From: Anaeramoeba ignava BMAN
Lineage: Eukaryota > Protista > Anaeramoebae
Direction: 5' to 3'
DNA length: 64,000 nt
Assembly: GCA_028826165.1 (NCBI GenBank)
Contig: JAPDFW010000030.1
Span: 83-64,082, forward strand
Made by a program: the position numbers and the translations under genes. Numbering within the stretch: the stretch's first letter is position 1; the number at the start of each line of letters is the position of its first letter. The notes beneath the pieces were generated by a model, which was given only the letters and a program-made list of their open reading frames with translations, had not been told where the DNA came from and did no database searches. Shown piece by piece: positions 1 to 14,993 of this stretch.

Positions 1-3000
1 TTTAATTAATCAAATAATTTTAGATTTATTTTTAAAAGGAATTAATTAATTAATTAATTAATAAAAATTTATCTTTTTCATTTATTATTTTTATTTTAAA
101 AAACAAAATTTAAACAAAGAATTTTAAATAATAAATTTATTATTTATATTTTTATTATTTAGATTTATTAAATAATAATATATTATTAAAGATTAAATTG
201 TTATATTTTATTTTTATTTTTAAAGAATAAAATTATTTCCTCTTCTTTAAAAATAATAAAAATAATAAAATAAAAATAGAATAAAAAGAAAAATCTTAAA
301 TAAATTATTATAAAAAGAAAAGGAAAATTAATTTTAAAATTTAAATAAAAAATATAAAAATTCTTTCAAATTATTTTATTTTTAAAAAATTTAATTAATT
401 AATAAATTAAATATAAAATTAAAGAAATAAATGATTATTAATTTATATTTAATTATTTTATTATTTTAAAAACAAAAATAAAATAAAGAAATGAAAAATG
501 AAAAATGAATATTAAAAGATTAATTTATTTTTCTTTTTTCCTTTTGATTTAAATTTAATTGATTTATAAATTTATTTTTTAATCATTTTAAATTTATTTT
601 TCTTTTTATTTTCTTTTAAGAATAATAAATAAATATTTTTATTTTTGATTTAGAATTTTTTCATTTTAGATTTATTTATTCAGATAATTTATTTTAAATA
701 AATAAATAATCAAAAAATTTAAATAATAATAATAAAAATATAGAAAAAAGGAATAAATAAATAAGAAAATGATTTTGATTTGATTTTATTATTAAATTTT
801 AAAATAATTAATTTAAAAAAAGAAAAAGAAAAAGAAAAAGAATAAATTTAAATTTTGAAAAACAAACAAATTGATTATATTTTTAAATAAATATTTTTTA
901 ATAAAACAAAATAATTTTTATTAAATTTAAAGATTTAAATTATTTATTCTTTCTTCTCAATAATAAAAAATAATAAAATAATAAAAGGAAATTATTATTT
1001 TATTATTTTTGAAGAGAAATTTAATCAAAATTATAATAATATTAACAAATAATATTAATAATATTTAATTAATTTTAGAAATGATTTAAAAATAAAAATA
1101 AAAATAAAAATATTTTTATTTAGAATTTCTTCTTCTTTTTTAATAATAATAATAATCCAAAACAAAACAAAAAAAAAAACTGGAATTAATTATTTTTGTT
1201 TTCAAATCAAAAAAAAATACAAAAAATAAATATAAATTTAATAAAAATAAGAAAATGAATAATTTTAAAAAAAAAAGAATTTATTATTAATATTAAATTA
1301 ATATTATTAAAAATCAAGAAATAAAATTAATTAATTAAAATAATTTTATTTATTAATTTATTATTTATCATTAAAATTAATTAAGAAATTGTTTTTTAAA
1401 ACTGTTTTCATTTTCATTTTTTTATAAATTTTTTTATTTTCTAAAATTTACAAATTAAAATAAAAATAAAAATATAAAAAAATAAAGAGAAAATGTAATT
1501 TAAAATATAAAATAATTTATTTATAAAATTTATAAAAAGGATTTTATTATCTAAATTAATTCAAAATTGATTTAAAAATAAATATAAATTTACAATCAAA
1601 AAATAAATTTAAATTTAAATCTTAATTAATTTTTAAAAGTATAAATTATTTTTTGTTTTGTTTTGGAAAATAAAAATAATAATAAAATATAATTTAATCA
1701 AAATTTAAAATAATTAATAAAAAGATTTTAAATAGGAAAATTATTGAAAATTTCTTTTTTTTTTCTTTTATTTATAAAAACAAAAATAAAAACAAAAACA
1801 AAAACAAAAGAATTTTATTTAAGAAATGATTTATTTATTTATTTATTTACAAATAAAAATAAAATCCAATTTATTCTTTTTATTTTATTTTATTTTATTT
1901 TATTTATAATATAAAAAGGAAATTTAAAAAATTATTTTTAATGAAGAATTGAATTATTTAATTTCTTAATTTCTTTTTATTATTATTATTATTATTTATT
2001 TTTGATTAGGAAAAAGAAAAGAAAAGAAATCAAATATTTTTCAAAACAAAATTTAAAAAGAAAAAAAAATAACAAGAATTAAATCAATATTAAATTTATT
2101 CAATATTTTAATTATCTTCTTTTTATATTTATTAATTTATTAATTTATATTTAACTTTTTTTTATATATAAAAATAAAAATTAAAATTAAAAATAATCTT
2201 TATTTTATTCAAAAAAATATTAGAGAATAGTGGAATGAAAAAATTTCAAAAAAAAATAATATAAAAATAGATTTTATAGATTAAGAAAAACAAAACAAAA
2301 AACAAATTTATTATTTATTTTTGGAAAATATAATTATTTGATTTAATTAAATTTTTTATTATTATGAATAAAATAAAATAAAATAAAATTTTAGAAAATG
2401 AAATTAATTAAAGATTTAAGAGAAAAAAAAAGGATTTAAAATAAATAAAATTATTTATAAAATGAGAATAAAATTTATTAAGAAAATTATTAATATTAAT
2501 ATTAATATTAATTAATTATAAATTGAAGATTAAATGAAAATTGATTATATTTATATTTTTATCTAACAAAAAATGAAAAATAATATTTTGTTTTTTTATT
2601 TTTTGTTTTAAAGAATAAATTTATTATTATTATTAATAAATATTTTATATAATAAATTAATATTAATATTAATATTAAGAAGGGAAAAAAATTATAATAA
2701 ATTCTAATTTATTTTCCAAAACCAAAAAACAAAAACAATTTTAAATTTTAAATTTTAAATTTATAAAAAAAAAAGAAAACAAAATTTGATACTTTTTTTT
2801 TCCAAAAATATTAATTATAAAAATAAGAAAAAATTACTTATTTTTTATAAACAGAATAAAATAAAATTAATTTTTATTTAAAATTAAAATATAAGAAAAA
2901 AAGAAGGAGAAAAAGAAAATTTATATCTAAAATATTTTCAATAAATAAATAAATAAATGAAAAAAAAATATTTTAATTTTAAATTTTAAAACAAAAAAAA

Positions 3001-6000
3001 GAAAAAGAAGAAGAAGTTTTTTAATTCAATATTATTTCTAATTCTTTTATTCTCCAAAACAAAAAAAAAAATCAATCTAAATAAATAAATAAATAAATAT
3101 TTATTATTTGAAATAATATTTAATTCAAAATAATTAATAATAATAAATGAAAAAAAAAAGAGAAAATAAATTTAAATTCCCTAAAAAAAAATTAGAAGAT
3201 ATTAAATAATATAAATAAAAAGAAAAAAGAAGAATAAAATTATTTAAAAACAAAACAAAATTTATAAATTATTTCATTATATTTAATAAATATTTCTTAT
3301 TAATATTTAATTTTATAATTTATCTTCCAAAAAGAAAAGAAAAGAAAAGAAAAAACAAATTGATAATAAATATTCAATTTTCTTCTTCTTCTCTTATTTA
3401 TATTTTTATTAATTCTTTTTCTTTCTCTTCAAAATAAAATATTATTATAATAATGAAATGATATTTTTTTAATTTTTAATTTTTTAATTTTTTAATTTGA
3501 TAAAATTGATATTTTAAATATAAAATAAAATAATAAGAAATATTTTATAGAAGAGAAATGAAATAAAATTATTATTTTTTTTTGAATAGAAATTTTGAAA
3601 TAAATTTACATTTTATTAATAAATAAAAAATTAAAAAAAAATTTATTAGATTTGGAAGAATATATTTATTTATATTATAAGAGAAATATTTATTTATTAT
3701 TTTAAAGAATAAATTGGGAAAAAAAAAGAAAGAAAAAAAATATTAATTTAAATAAAATTTTGGAATTAATGAAATTAAAGATATTGATAATCAAAAATAT
3801 TTTTCTTTCTTTTCTTTAAACAAAACAAAAACCTAAATAAATAAATAAATAAATAAATAAAAATGAAGAATTTTATTTATTAACAAAATTTTAAAAAAAG
3901 AAAATAATATTTTAATAAATATTCCAATAATTTTAATTAATTAATTAATTTATTTTTATTTTTTTTGGGAATGATTAAATTATTATTATATAAATATTAT
4001 TATTTTTATTATTATAATTTAATCAATATTTCTCAAATATTTTTCTTTCCCAAAATAATAAAAATAATAAAATAATAAAATAAATTGGAATTATAAACAG
4101 AAATATTTATTATTATTATTATTATTTTCAGAATTTATAATAATTATTTCATTTCAATTTATATTTAATAAAAAATAATATTCAAGAAGTTAAAACAATA
4201 ATTTGAAGATTTATTTCTTAAATCCAAAAAAAAATAATAAAATAATAAACAAAATAATAATAATTAAAATTATTAAAATTATTTAAATTATAACAAGAAA
4301 CAAAAAGAATTTCCATAAATTTCCTTATTTTTTTATTTTACAAATTTAAATTTTAAAAAAAATATTAAGATTATTATTATTATTATTTATAATAAATTTT
4401 TATTCAATAATAAATTATTTAATATTTAATAAAATATTTTAATTTAATTTAATTTAATTTAATTTAATTTTTTTATTAGGAATAATTTTAATTCTTCAAT
4501 ATTTACATATACAAAAAAATAAATAAATTTTTTTATTTTATTTTTTCAGAAATATTTTCAAATTAACAATTTTATAATAAATAAATAAATAAATAAATAT
4601 TTCTTTTTATTTTATTTTATTTTATTTAAATAATATTATTTCTCAAATAAAATAAAACAAAACAAAACAAAATTTATTGATTATTAAAATTTTAAATAAA
4701 AATAAAAATAAAAATAAAAATAAAACATAATTTTGTTTGTTTTTTTTTGGATTGAAAATAATAATAATCTTCTTCATATTTCTTTTTTTTATATTTAATT
4801 TATTTCCTAAAAATAATAATAATATTATTATTAAATAAAATTCAAAATTTTTTTTAATAAATTTAACTTAAATAATTATTTTCAAAAATCAAAATTTATT
4901 CCATTTTTTTTTTGATTAATATTATTAAACAATAAAAAAAAATTTAATTTAAAATTAATAATTAATAAATATAAATAAATTATTATTATTTTTATTTTTC
5001 AATTCAGAAATTATTAAAAATTGTTTTATTTTTATTATTATTATTAAATCAAATAATTTCTATTCATTTATTTAATTAATTAAGAATATAATCTTTATTA
5101 ATTTCTTAAATAAATTAAAATTATATTTAATAAAGGAAAATATTTATTTTATTCAAAAAAAATTTAAATATACACAAAAAAAAAGTTTATTATTATTATT
5201 TATTTATTTATTTATTTTCTTATTAAATTTTAAAATCAAAACAAAAAACAAAAAAAAGAAAAAAAAAGAAATTATTTTTTATTTGATTTGAATTGAATTG
5301 AATTGAATTGAATTATAAATTATTATTAAATTAATAAGAATGATTTTAAAATAATTTTTATTTTTGGAAAAAAGATATAAAAACAAAAACAAAAAAGAAA
5401 GGGAATATTGATTAATTTTGATTTTTAATTTTTGAAAATTTATTTAAAGATTTAAAATAGATAAAAATAATAAATAAATATATTTTATAATACAGAATTA
5501 ATTTTTTTTAAAATAATTTATTTCAAAACAAATGTAAAATAAAATATTTCATTTAAATTTCTTATTGAGAAAATGAGAAGATTTTAATTATTTCTCCTTA
5601 AAAAAAAACCAAATATTAAATAAATTATTTCTCAAAAAAAAAAAGAAAAACAAATATTTTTGATAAATTAAAATAATAATAAATTTTATTGGATTAATTT
5701 ATTTTTGTTTTTCAAATTAAAAAAAAGAAGAAGAAGAAGAAGAGAAATTATTCCCAAAATAAATCTAAATTTAAATATATATTTAGAAATTAAATTTAAA
5801 GAAAAATATTTTATTATTATTTTATTCTTTTTATTTTGGATAATAATAATAATAATAAATTCTTTATAAATTTAATCAATTACTTTTTTTTTATCAATAA
5901 TTTCAATATAAAAAAAATATTTATTTATATAAAAATTAGAAAAAAATAAAATAATATTTATTTATAATTTATAATAAGATTAAATTTATTTTAAAATTAT

Positions 6001-6488
6001 TATTTCTCTAAATTTAAAAATTTAAAATAAATAATTTGAAAATTAATTTTATATATAAATTTTATATAAATTTTCATTTTCATTTTATAACAAAAAAAAA
6101 ACCTATTGTGTATATTAAATATTTTTTAATAATAATAATAATAATAAAATTGAAAAGAAAATAATTTATAAATAATTATCAATTTCTCTTTTCTTTTTTA
6201 TTATTTAATTTCAATTCAAATTTTAAAAAAATATTAGATTATTTTTATTTCTCTTTTCAAAATGATTATAATCAAGTTTTTTTTATTTTCAATATAATTT
6301 AATAATAATAATAATAATAATTTTATTTTTCATTAATATTTTTTATTTATCAGGAAATTATAATATAAATAAATAAATAAAAAATTTGAATAATTTTGAA
6401 AAGAATATTTTATTTTATTTAATTAAATTTAAAAATAATAAATAGAAATATTAATAAAAATATATAAATAAAATAAAATTTAAATATT

Positions 6489-6519
<31 letters not shown>

Positions 6520-7599
6520 TATTTTTGAGGGGAAATTGATATTAAATTGAATAATAAAAAAAAATCATAACAAGATATTTTAAGGAGATTTATTATTTAA
6601 ATAAATAAATATTAATTATAAAATGAGAATTAAAGATAATAAATTAAAATAAAAATAAATAAATTATATGAATTTGAATAAATTAAAATTTAATAATAAA
6701 TATATTTTTTTGATTTTGATTATAAATAAATAAATAAATAAAAGAAAAAGTATTTATTGAATTAAAATAATGAAAAAGAACATAATCTTTTTGTTTTTAT
6801 TTTAAATTTGATAATAAAAAATAAAAATAAAAATTTCAACAAGAAAATTATAAGTAAATAATAAAAGAATTAAAATTAAACTTTAATTATTCTTCAAATT
6901 TACATTATATATTTATTTTAAAAAATTTATAAATAACTTTAATTAAGAAATTGTATCTAAAGTTTAATTATTCTGAAAGTTTATATTTATTTTTTTTTAT
7001 CAAAAAATTTAGAATAGTTTTAATTAAGAAATTATAAATAAATAAATTTGAATTATTTTTTAAAAAAAAAACAAAGAATAAGAAATAAATTATAAGATAT
7101 TTTTATAAATCAAAAAAAAAATATAAAAATTCTTTCTTCAATTTAAATTATTAAATACAAATTATTTTGATTTTTAATATTATAAATAATATTGAAAGAA
7201 AAAAAATTTTAATTTTGATTTGATTAGAATTTAAATAAGTAAAAAGATTTTATTTATTTATTTATTATTTATTTTTCAGATCTTGTATTAATTAATTAAT
7301 TTAGATTTTTGATTTTCATTATTATTCCACATTAATAAATTGAGATATTTTTGTTTTGTAAATAAATAAATAAATAAAAGAAAAATTATTTATCAAACAA
7401 ATAAAGTTTTTTTTTTGTGTTAATAAGAGAAAAATAATGAAAAAAAAGAATATCATCTTTTAAATTTTTTATCAACTAAAAAGAAGAAAAGAACAAAAAT
7501 AAAAAATGAAATTTAAAGAGAATATTAATATTAAATAATAATTTTTGATTTTATAAAGATTATCTTAATTAAAATATTTTGAAAGTGAAAATTATTTTT

Positions 7600-8200
7600 A
7601 AAAAAAAATATAAATAATAAAATAATTTAAATTGAATTGAATATTTTTTATTTTTTGAGATTTCCTTTCATTTTGTAAAAGTAATTTTTATTATTCTTTT
7701 CAAATCAAAATTCTTTTATAAATAAATAAATAAAAATAAATTAGAATAATAGATAAATAAATAGATAAATTGAATATAATGTAATTGAAGTGAAAAAGAA
7801 GTTTAATTAATTTTGATAAATTGTAATTATAAATAATAATATAATAAATATAAATTTAGATCAGAAGATAAAAATAAAGAGATAATTTTGATTTTTATTT
7901 TTTTTTGGGAATTGAGATTAATAAAATAAAGATTTTTATCTAATATAAATTAAATTAAATTAAATTAAATTTATAAAATTTTGAAATTAAAATAAATTTA
8001 CAAATAAATAAATTAATAAATTAATTTTAGATTTAGATATTAAATTGATTTAAAATAAAAAAATAAATAAAAAAAAAAAAAGAAAAGAAAGAATTTTAAT
8101 TTTTTTTTTGGAAATATTTTTATTTTGGGAATTTTGTATATTTTTGAATTTTTGAGATAAAAGTAAATTTATTACTATTAAGTTTAAATTTCAATTAAAT
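7600..8200 (-). repeat. dispersed ~600-750 bp block P, inverted copy
   Basis: GAGATTTCCTTTCATTTTGT and GAAGTGAAAAAGAAGTTT are reverse complements of motifs at 20.4-20.76 kb. Confidence 0.8.
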
Positions 8201-8204
8201 AAAT

Positions 8205-9850
8205 TTAAAATTAATTAATAATAGAAATAAAATAATTAATTTAAATTTATTATTTAATTATTTATAATTGAAATAAAAATAAAAATAAAAAATTTAATTA
8301 AATAATTAATAATAAAAAAATAAATAAATAAAAATAATTTTTTATAATTTAAAATAAATATAAAATTAATAATAAAATAAAATAAATAATTTAATTTAAA
8401 TTTATTATTTAATTATTTATAATTGAAATAAAAATAATAAAAATAAAAATAATTAATAAAATAATTAATAATAAAAAAATAAATAATAAAATATAATTTT
8501 ATAATTTAAAATAAATATAAAATTAATAATAGAAATAAAATAATTAATTTAAATTTATTATTTAATTATTTATAATTGAAATAAAAATAATAAAAATATT
8601 TAATTAAATAATTAATAATAAAAATAAATAATAAAATATAATTTTATAATTTAAAATAAATATAAAATTAATAATAGAAATAAAATAATTAATTTAAATT
8701 TATTATTTAATTATTTATAATTGAAATAAAAATAAAAATTTAATTAAATAATTAATAAAAATAAAAAAAAAAAAAAAATAATTTTATAATTTAAAATAAA
8801 TATAAAATTAATAATAGAAATAAAATAATTAATTTAAATTTATTATTTAATTATTTATAATTGAAATAAAAATAATAAAAATATTTAATTAAAAATTAAA
8901 AATAATAAAAAAAAAAAATAAAAAAAAAATTTTATAATTAAAAATAAAATAAAATTAATAATAGAAATAAAATATTTAATTTAAATTTATTATTTAATTA
9001 TTTATAATTGAAATAAAAATAATAAAAATATTTAATTAAATAAATAATAATAAAAATAAAAAATAATTTTAAATTTAAAAATAAAATTTAAAATAAAATA
9101 AAAAAATAAATTTAAAAAATTGAAATAAAAATAAAAATAATTTAAATAAAAATAAAAAAAAAAAAATAAAAATTATTAAAAATAAATAATTTAAATTTAT
9201 TATTTAATTATTTATAATTGAAATAAAAATAATATAATTAAAAATAATAAATAAATTTTATAATTAAAATAAATAAAAAATAAAAAAAAAATAATAATTT
9301 AAATTTATTATTTAATTATTTATAATTGAAATAAAAATAAAAAAAATATTTAATTAAATAATTAATAAAAATAAAAAAAAAAAAAAAATAATTTTATAAT
9401 TTAAAATAAATATAAAATTAATAATAGAAATAAAATAAATATATTTTAAAAATTAAAATATTTATAATTAATAAAAAATAAAAAAAATATTTAAAAAAAT
9501 AAATAAATAAAAAAAAAAAAAAAAAATAATTTTATAATTTAAAATAAATATAAAATAAATAAAATAAAAATTAAAATAAAATAAAATTTAAAATTATTTA
9601 ATTATTTAATAAATAAAATAAAAATAATAAAAAAAAAAATAAATAAATAATAAAAAAATAAAAAAATAATTTTATAATTTAAAAAAAATAAAAATTAATA
9701 AATAAATAAATAATTAATAAAATTAATTATTTAAAAAAATAAAAAAAAAAAAATAAAAAATAATAAATAATTTTATAATTTAAAATAAATATAAAATTAA
9801 ATAAAATCATTAATTTAAATTTATTATTTAATTATTTATAATTGAAATAA
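8205..9850 (+). repeat. satellite A (~145-bp unit), opposite orientation to the downstream arrays; degraded after ~8950
   Basis: AGAAATAAAA marker at 8531, 8676, 8816, 8963. Confidence 0.9.
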
Positions 9851-9879
9851 AATTTAAATTTGAAAAAAAAAATTAAATT

Positions 9880-10610
9880 TTTAAATAGTAAATAAATGAA
9901 TTTAAATTTAAATTGAACTTATTATTTTTTTATTATTTTGTATTTACTTTCATTTTATAAAGGTAATTTTTATTTTTATTTTTATAATTATTTTTAAAAA
10001 AAAAATGAAAAAAAATTTGAAATTAAAAAAGAAAATTATTTTAAAAAAAAAATGAAATGAATTAGAAATAAATTATTTATTGATTTATTGATTGATATTT
10101 TCCAAATCAAAATTCTTTTATAAAATAAAATTAAATTAAATATAATTGAAGTGAAAAAGAAGTTTAAATAAATTTTTTGGAGAATTATAATTATAAATAA
10201 TGATATAATAAATATAAATTTAAATCAGAAGATAAAAAGAAAATAATTTTTTTTGATTTTTTGATTTTTTGATTTGAAATGAAAATAAAAATTAATTCAA
10301 TTTATAAATTTTTGAAATTAAAATAAAATTATAAGTAAATTAATTAATAAATAAATAAATAAAATAATTTTAGATTTAGATATTAAATTGATTTGAAATA
10401 AAAAGTTTTTCAAAATAAATAAATAAAAAGAAAGAAAGAAGAGTTTTTGATTTTTGGAAATATTTTATTTATTTTTTTGGGAATATAAAAATAAATTTAA
10501 TAATAATAATAATTTTATTTTTTTTTGTGTATTATTTTATTATAAATTAATATTAAATTTTTTTATTTTCAATTTTGAATATTTTTTTTTTGGAATATTA
10601 ATTTTATATT
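9880..10610 (-). repeat. block P inverted copy; left arm of the inverted repeat around the rDNA
   Basis: Reverse-complement similarity to 16395-17060, e.g. ATGAAATGAATTAGAAATAAATTAT and GATATTTTCCAAATCAAAA. Confidence 0.8.
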
Positions 10611-11154
10611 ATTAATAAATAATAATAATAAATTTCATTCTTATTTACAATAAAATATTTATAATTAAAATAAAAAAAGAATTTAAATTAACAATTTTAA
10701 TAAAATATTTTACATAAATTTAAATATAAATTAATAAAAAACAAAAAAAAATGAATTAAGAAATTAATAAATTTTGATTTAATTTTTTATTTGGGAAAAA
10801 TAAATAAAAACAAAACAAAACAAATTATTTTATTTTGATTATTTATTAATTTGAAAATAAAATAAAAAGAGAAATTATATTTTGAATAATATAAATTAAA
10901 ATAGAACATGAATAAAATAAAAAACAAAAAAATTTATATTTAGAAAGTTAATCAAAATAAATATAAATTTTATTAATAATAAAAACAACTAAAATAAAGA
11001 TAAATTAATCATAAAAACCATAATAAATCTAAAAATATAAAAATATAGATATTTTTATTTTTATTTTATCAATAAAAAAAAATCAATAAATTATCAAATA
11101 TTATTATTAATATAATTATCAAAATATTTATTATTATTATTATTTTTATTTTTA

Positions 11155-11473
<319 letters not shown>

Positions 11474-11477
11474 AAGT

Positions 11478-11523
<46 letters not shown>

Positions 11524-12049
11524 TTGTGGCTTAATTTGACTCAACGCGGGGAAACTTACCAGATCAGGACATAATAAGGATTGACAGATTAAAAGCTCTT
11601 TCATGATTTTATGGATGGTGGTGCATGGCCGTTTTTAGTTCGTGGAGTGATTTGTCTGTGTTAATTCCGTAAACGAGCGAGACCTTTACTTACTAACTAA
11701 TTAAATATTTTTTTAAATTTAATAAAAATAATTTAATTTCTTAGAAGGACTATTCATTTTTTAATGAAAGGAAGATAAAGGCAACAACAGGTCCGTGATG
11801 CCCTTAGATGTTCTGGGCTGCACACGTGCTACAATGTTAATAACAATAAGTAATTATTCATCTTAAAATTATTTTTAAAATGAATATAACCTAATCTGAA
11901 AAGAATTTTAAAAGAAAAGATTTATTTTTATTTTTTATTTTTTATTTAGGTAAACTTAGAAAATATTAACATGCTTGGAATAGATTATTGAAATTATTAA
12001 TCTTGAACAAGGAATTCCTAGTAAATGTAAATCATAATTTTACATTGAT

Positions 12050-12095
<46 letters not shown>

Positions 12096-12230
12096 GATAA
12101 CCCGATGAAATTTTTAGACTATTTCTTAAAAATTATTTTTAAAAAATGGAAAGATAATTAAATCATGTTATCTAGAGGAAGGAGAAGTCGTAACAAGGCA
12201 GCGCTAAATGAATTTGGTGCTGGATCATTA
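11474..12230 (+). rRNA. 18S (SSU) rRNA, 3' portion only (5'-truncated)
   Basis: Universal eukaryotic SSU motifs in order: GAAACTTAAAGGAATTGACGGAAGGGCACCACCAGG, GGTGGTGCATGGCCG, TGTACACACCGCCCGTCG, AAGTCGTAACAAGG, ending in GGATCATTA at 12230. No 5' SSU motifs upstream, only (TAAA)n. Confidence 0.97.
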
Positions 12231-12304
12231 ACATAAAAATAAATATTTAATTTAAACTTTATTTAAATAAAAAAGAATTCTTTTTTAAATTAAAATAAAA
12301 AATA
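12231..12304 (+). other. ITS1 (~75 nt, almost pure AT)
   Basis: Lies between the 18S 3' end and the 5.8S 5' motif. Confidence 0.85.
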
Positions 12305-12480
12305 AATAAAAATAACAATGGATATCTTGGTTCTCGTAATGATGAAGAACACAGCAAAATGTGATAAATAATATGAATTGCAATGTTTGTGAATAATTGA
12401 ATTTTTGAACGCATATTGCACTTTTTATTTTTATATTTTTATTAATATTTTAATAAAAAGTATTTCTAAATGAGTGTTAT
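12305..12480 (+). rRNA. 5.8S rRNA
   Basis: AACAATGGATATCTTGGTTCTCG, GATGAAGAACACAGC, TGAATTGCA, TTTGAACGCA. The 3' end TCTAAATGAGTGTTA can pair with the 28S 5' end TAACCTCATTTTAGA. Confidence 0.95.
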
Positions 12481-12558
12481 TTTATATTATATAAATTGAA
12501 AATTTATTTTTTAATTAAAATAGATTTTTTAAATTAATTTAAATTTAAATTTTTATTT
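12481..12558 (+). other. ITS2 (~80 nt, almost pure AT)
   Basis: Lies between the 5.8S 3' end and the 28S 5' end. Confidence 0.85.
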
Positions 12559-14922
12559 TTAACCTCATTTTAGATAAAATTACCTGCTAAATTTAAGCAT
12601 ATTAATAAGCAGAGGAAAAAGAAAATAACAATGATTATGTTAGTAACGGCGAGTGAAAACATAAAAGTTCAAATTTTAAAACTAATTTTATTTATTTTAA
12701 AATTATTTTTTATTTAATAAAATTAATATAAATAAATTAGTATTGTAAACTAAAAAAGTAAATATTTAAATTAATTATTATTAACCTATTATAAAATATT
12801 TGGAATAATATTTTTATTTAAATCAAAGAGGGTGAAAATCCCGTATTTGAATAGGTTTTATTTATAAAATAATTTTCTAAATTAATAATAAATTTTTTAA
12901 ATATTACTTATAAAGAGTCAGGGTGTTTGAGATTGCACTCTTAATAAAAACTAAAAAAATTAAATTTATTTTTTTTTTTAGAAACTGGTAATCATCAGTT
13001 AAAACTAAATATTAACGAGAAACCGATAGTGAACAAGTACAGTGATGGAAAGATGAAAAGAACTTTGAAAAGAGAGTGAAATAGGACTTGAAATTGTTAT
13101 TTTATGAATCCTTCTTTTTTTTTTTTAAATTAAAAAATAATTAAAAAATGAAATAAAAATTAAATAATGGTAAATAAATTGGTTTTATTTTTTTATTTTT
13201 TTTTCTTTTGAAATTAAAATGATAAAAATATTATTGATTATTATTTAATATAATTATTAATTTAATTTTATTTTTAAATTATTTAAAAATTAAAATAAAA
13301 GAAAAATAAGGACCCGTCTTGAAACACGGACCAAGGAGTCTAATATTTTTGTAAGTATTATAATTTATTAAATTTATAATGCATAATGAAAGTGAAAATT
13401 ATCATTTTAAATCAATTTTCTTTTTATTAAGAAAATTAGAAAGAACAGAAATATTAGGACCCGATAGATGGTGAACTATGGCTGCATAGAATGAAACCGG
13501 ATGAAAATTCGGAGGAAGTTCGTAGCGGTACTGACGTGCAAATCGTTCGTCAAATGTGGCTATAGGGGCGAAAGACTAATCGAACCATTTAGTAGCTGGT
13601 TCCCTCCGAAATTTCTCTCAGGATAGCCAATGCTTAAAAATATTTTAAAATTATTATTAAAAAGTTATGTCAAGTAGAGCTAATGATTAGAGGATTTGGA
13701 ATCTTATTGATTTTAACCTATTCTCAAACTCCAAATTGGCAAATTAATATAAAAATAAATTAATTTTATTTTTATTAAATAAATATAAAAAATTTAATAG
13801 CATTGAGTGGGCCATTACGGGTAATCTGTAATGGCAAAACGGGATGAACCGAGAGATATGATAAGGAGCCAAAATATAAGTACAATGGATACCATAAAAG
13901 GAGATAATCGATGAAGACAGTGGGGCGGTGTTCCTGGTGATAGAAATCCGGTAAGGAGTTTGTAACAATTCACCCATCGAATTGATTATCCCTGAAAATG
14001 GATGGCGCTTTAACTTTTTTAAAATAAAATAAATTTATCCTATTCATATCCAATTAACTTTTTTTCAGTTAATTGAGTAGGAGGGCGTATTGTTAATATA
14101 GAAGTTATAAGATTTTAAAATCAAATGAAATTAACAATAGTGCAGATCTTGGATGTAGTAGCAAATATTCAAGTTAAAATCTTGAAGGCCGAAGTGGAGA
14201 AGGGTTCCAGATGAACTGTGATTGAATCTGGGTTAGTCGTTTCTAAGAGTTTAGCTTAATTGCGATTATTTACAGAATATTTATTTTTTTTATATAAATA
14301 TAAAAACTCAAAAGAGAATCAGGTTAATATTCCTGAACCTTTTTTTTTTAAATTTTAAATTTAAATATCGGTTTAAAATGGTAACATAAAATATTACTAA
14401 AAACATTATTAAATAATATGAGAAGAGATTTCTTTTCTTTTTAACAAACTTTTATTTATATTAATAAATATATTTAATTTTTATAAATTAATTATATAAT
14501 TTTTACCATTGAAACAGATTAACTGGAGAAATGGAAAAAAGTTTGGAAGAATAATTCTTAAATAATAGAATTTATCATAAATTATTTAATAATATTTAAA
14601 AAATTAGTAATATTTAAAATTCGGAAAAGAACGTACCAATAACCGCAACAGGTCTCCTAAGGTTAAAAGCCTCTGGCCTGTTAGTTTAAGGTAAGTAAGG
14701 GAAGTCGGCAAATTAGATCCGTAACTTCGGGAGAAGGATTGGCTCTGATTTTTTTTAAATTAATTAAAAAAATAAAACAGAACTGAAGCTAACAAGAGGA
14801 ATCCGACTGTTTAATTAAAACATAGCATTATGAAAGTTTTGAAATAGAATTAGACATAATGTGAATTCTGCTCAGTGCACTGAATGTTAATGTGAAGAAA
14901 TTTAAGTAAGCTCGTGTGAACA

Positions 14923-14993
<71 letters not shown>

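Noticed and set aside
1-7500. Genes or tRNAs in the left flank
   Set aside because: Near-pure AT low-complexity DNA with no ORF in the track and no A/B-box or cloverleaf pattern seen.
13744-13977. ORFs overlapping 28S (also 15524-15709 and 16170-16367)
   Set aside because: Antisense to rRNA, or translation of the T-rich tract.
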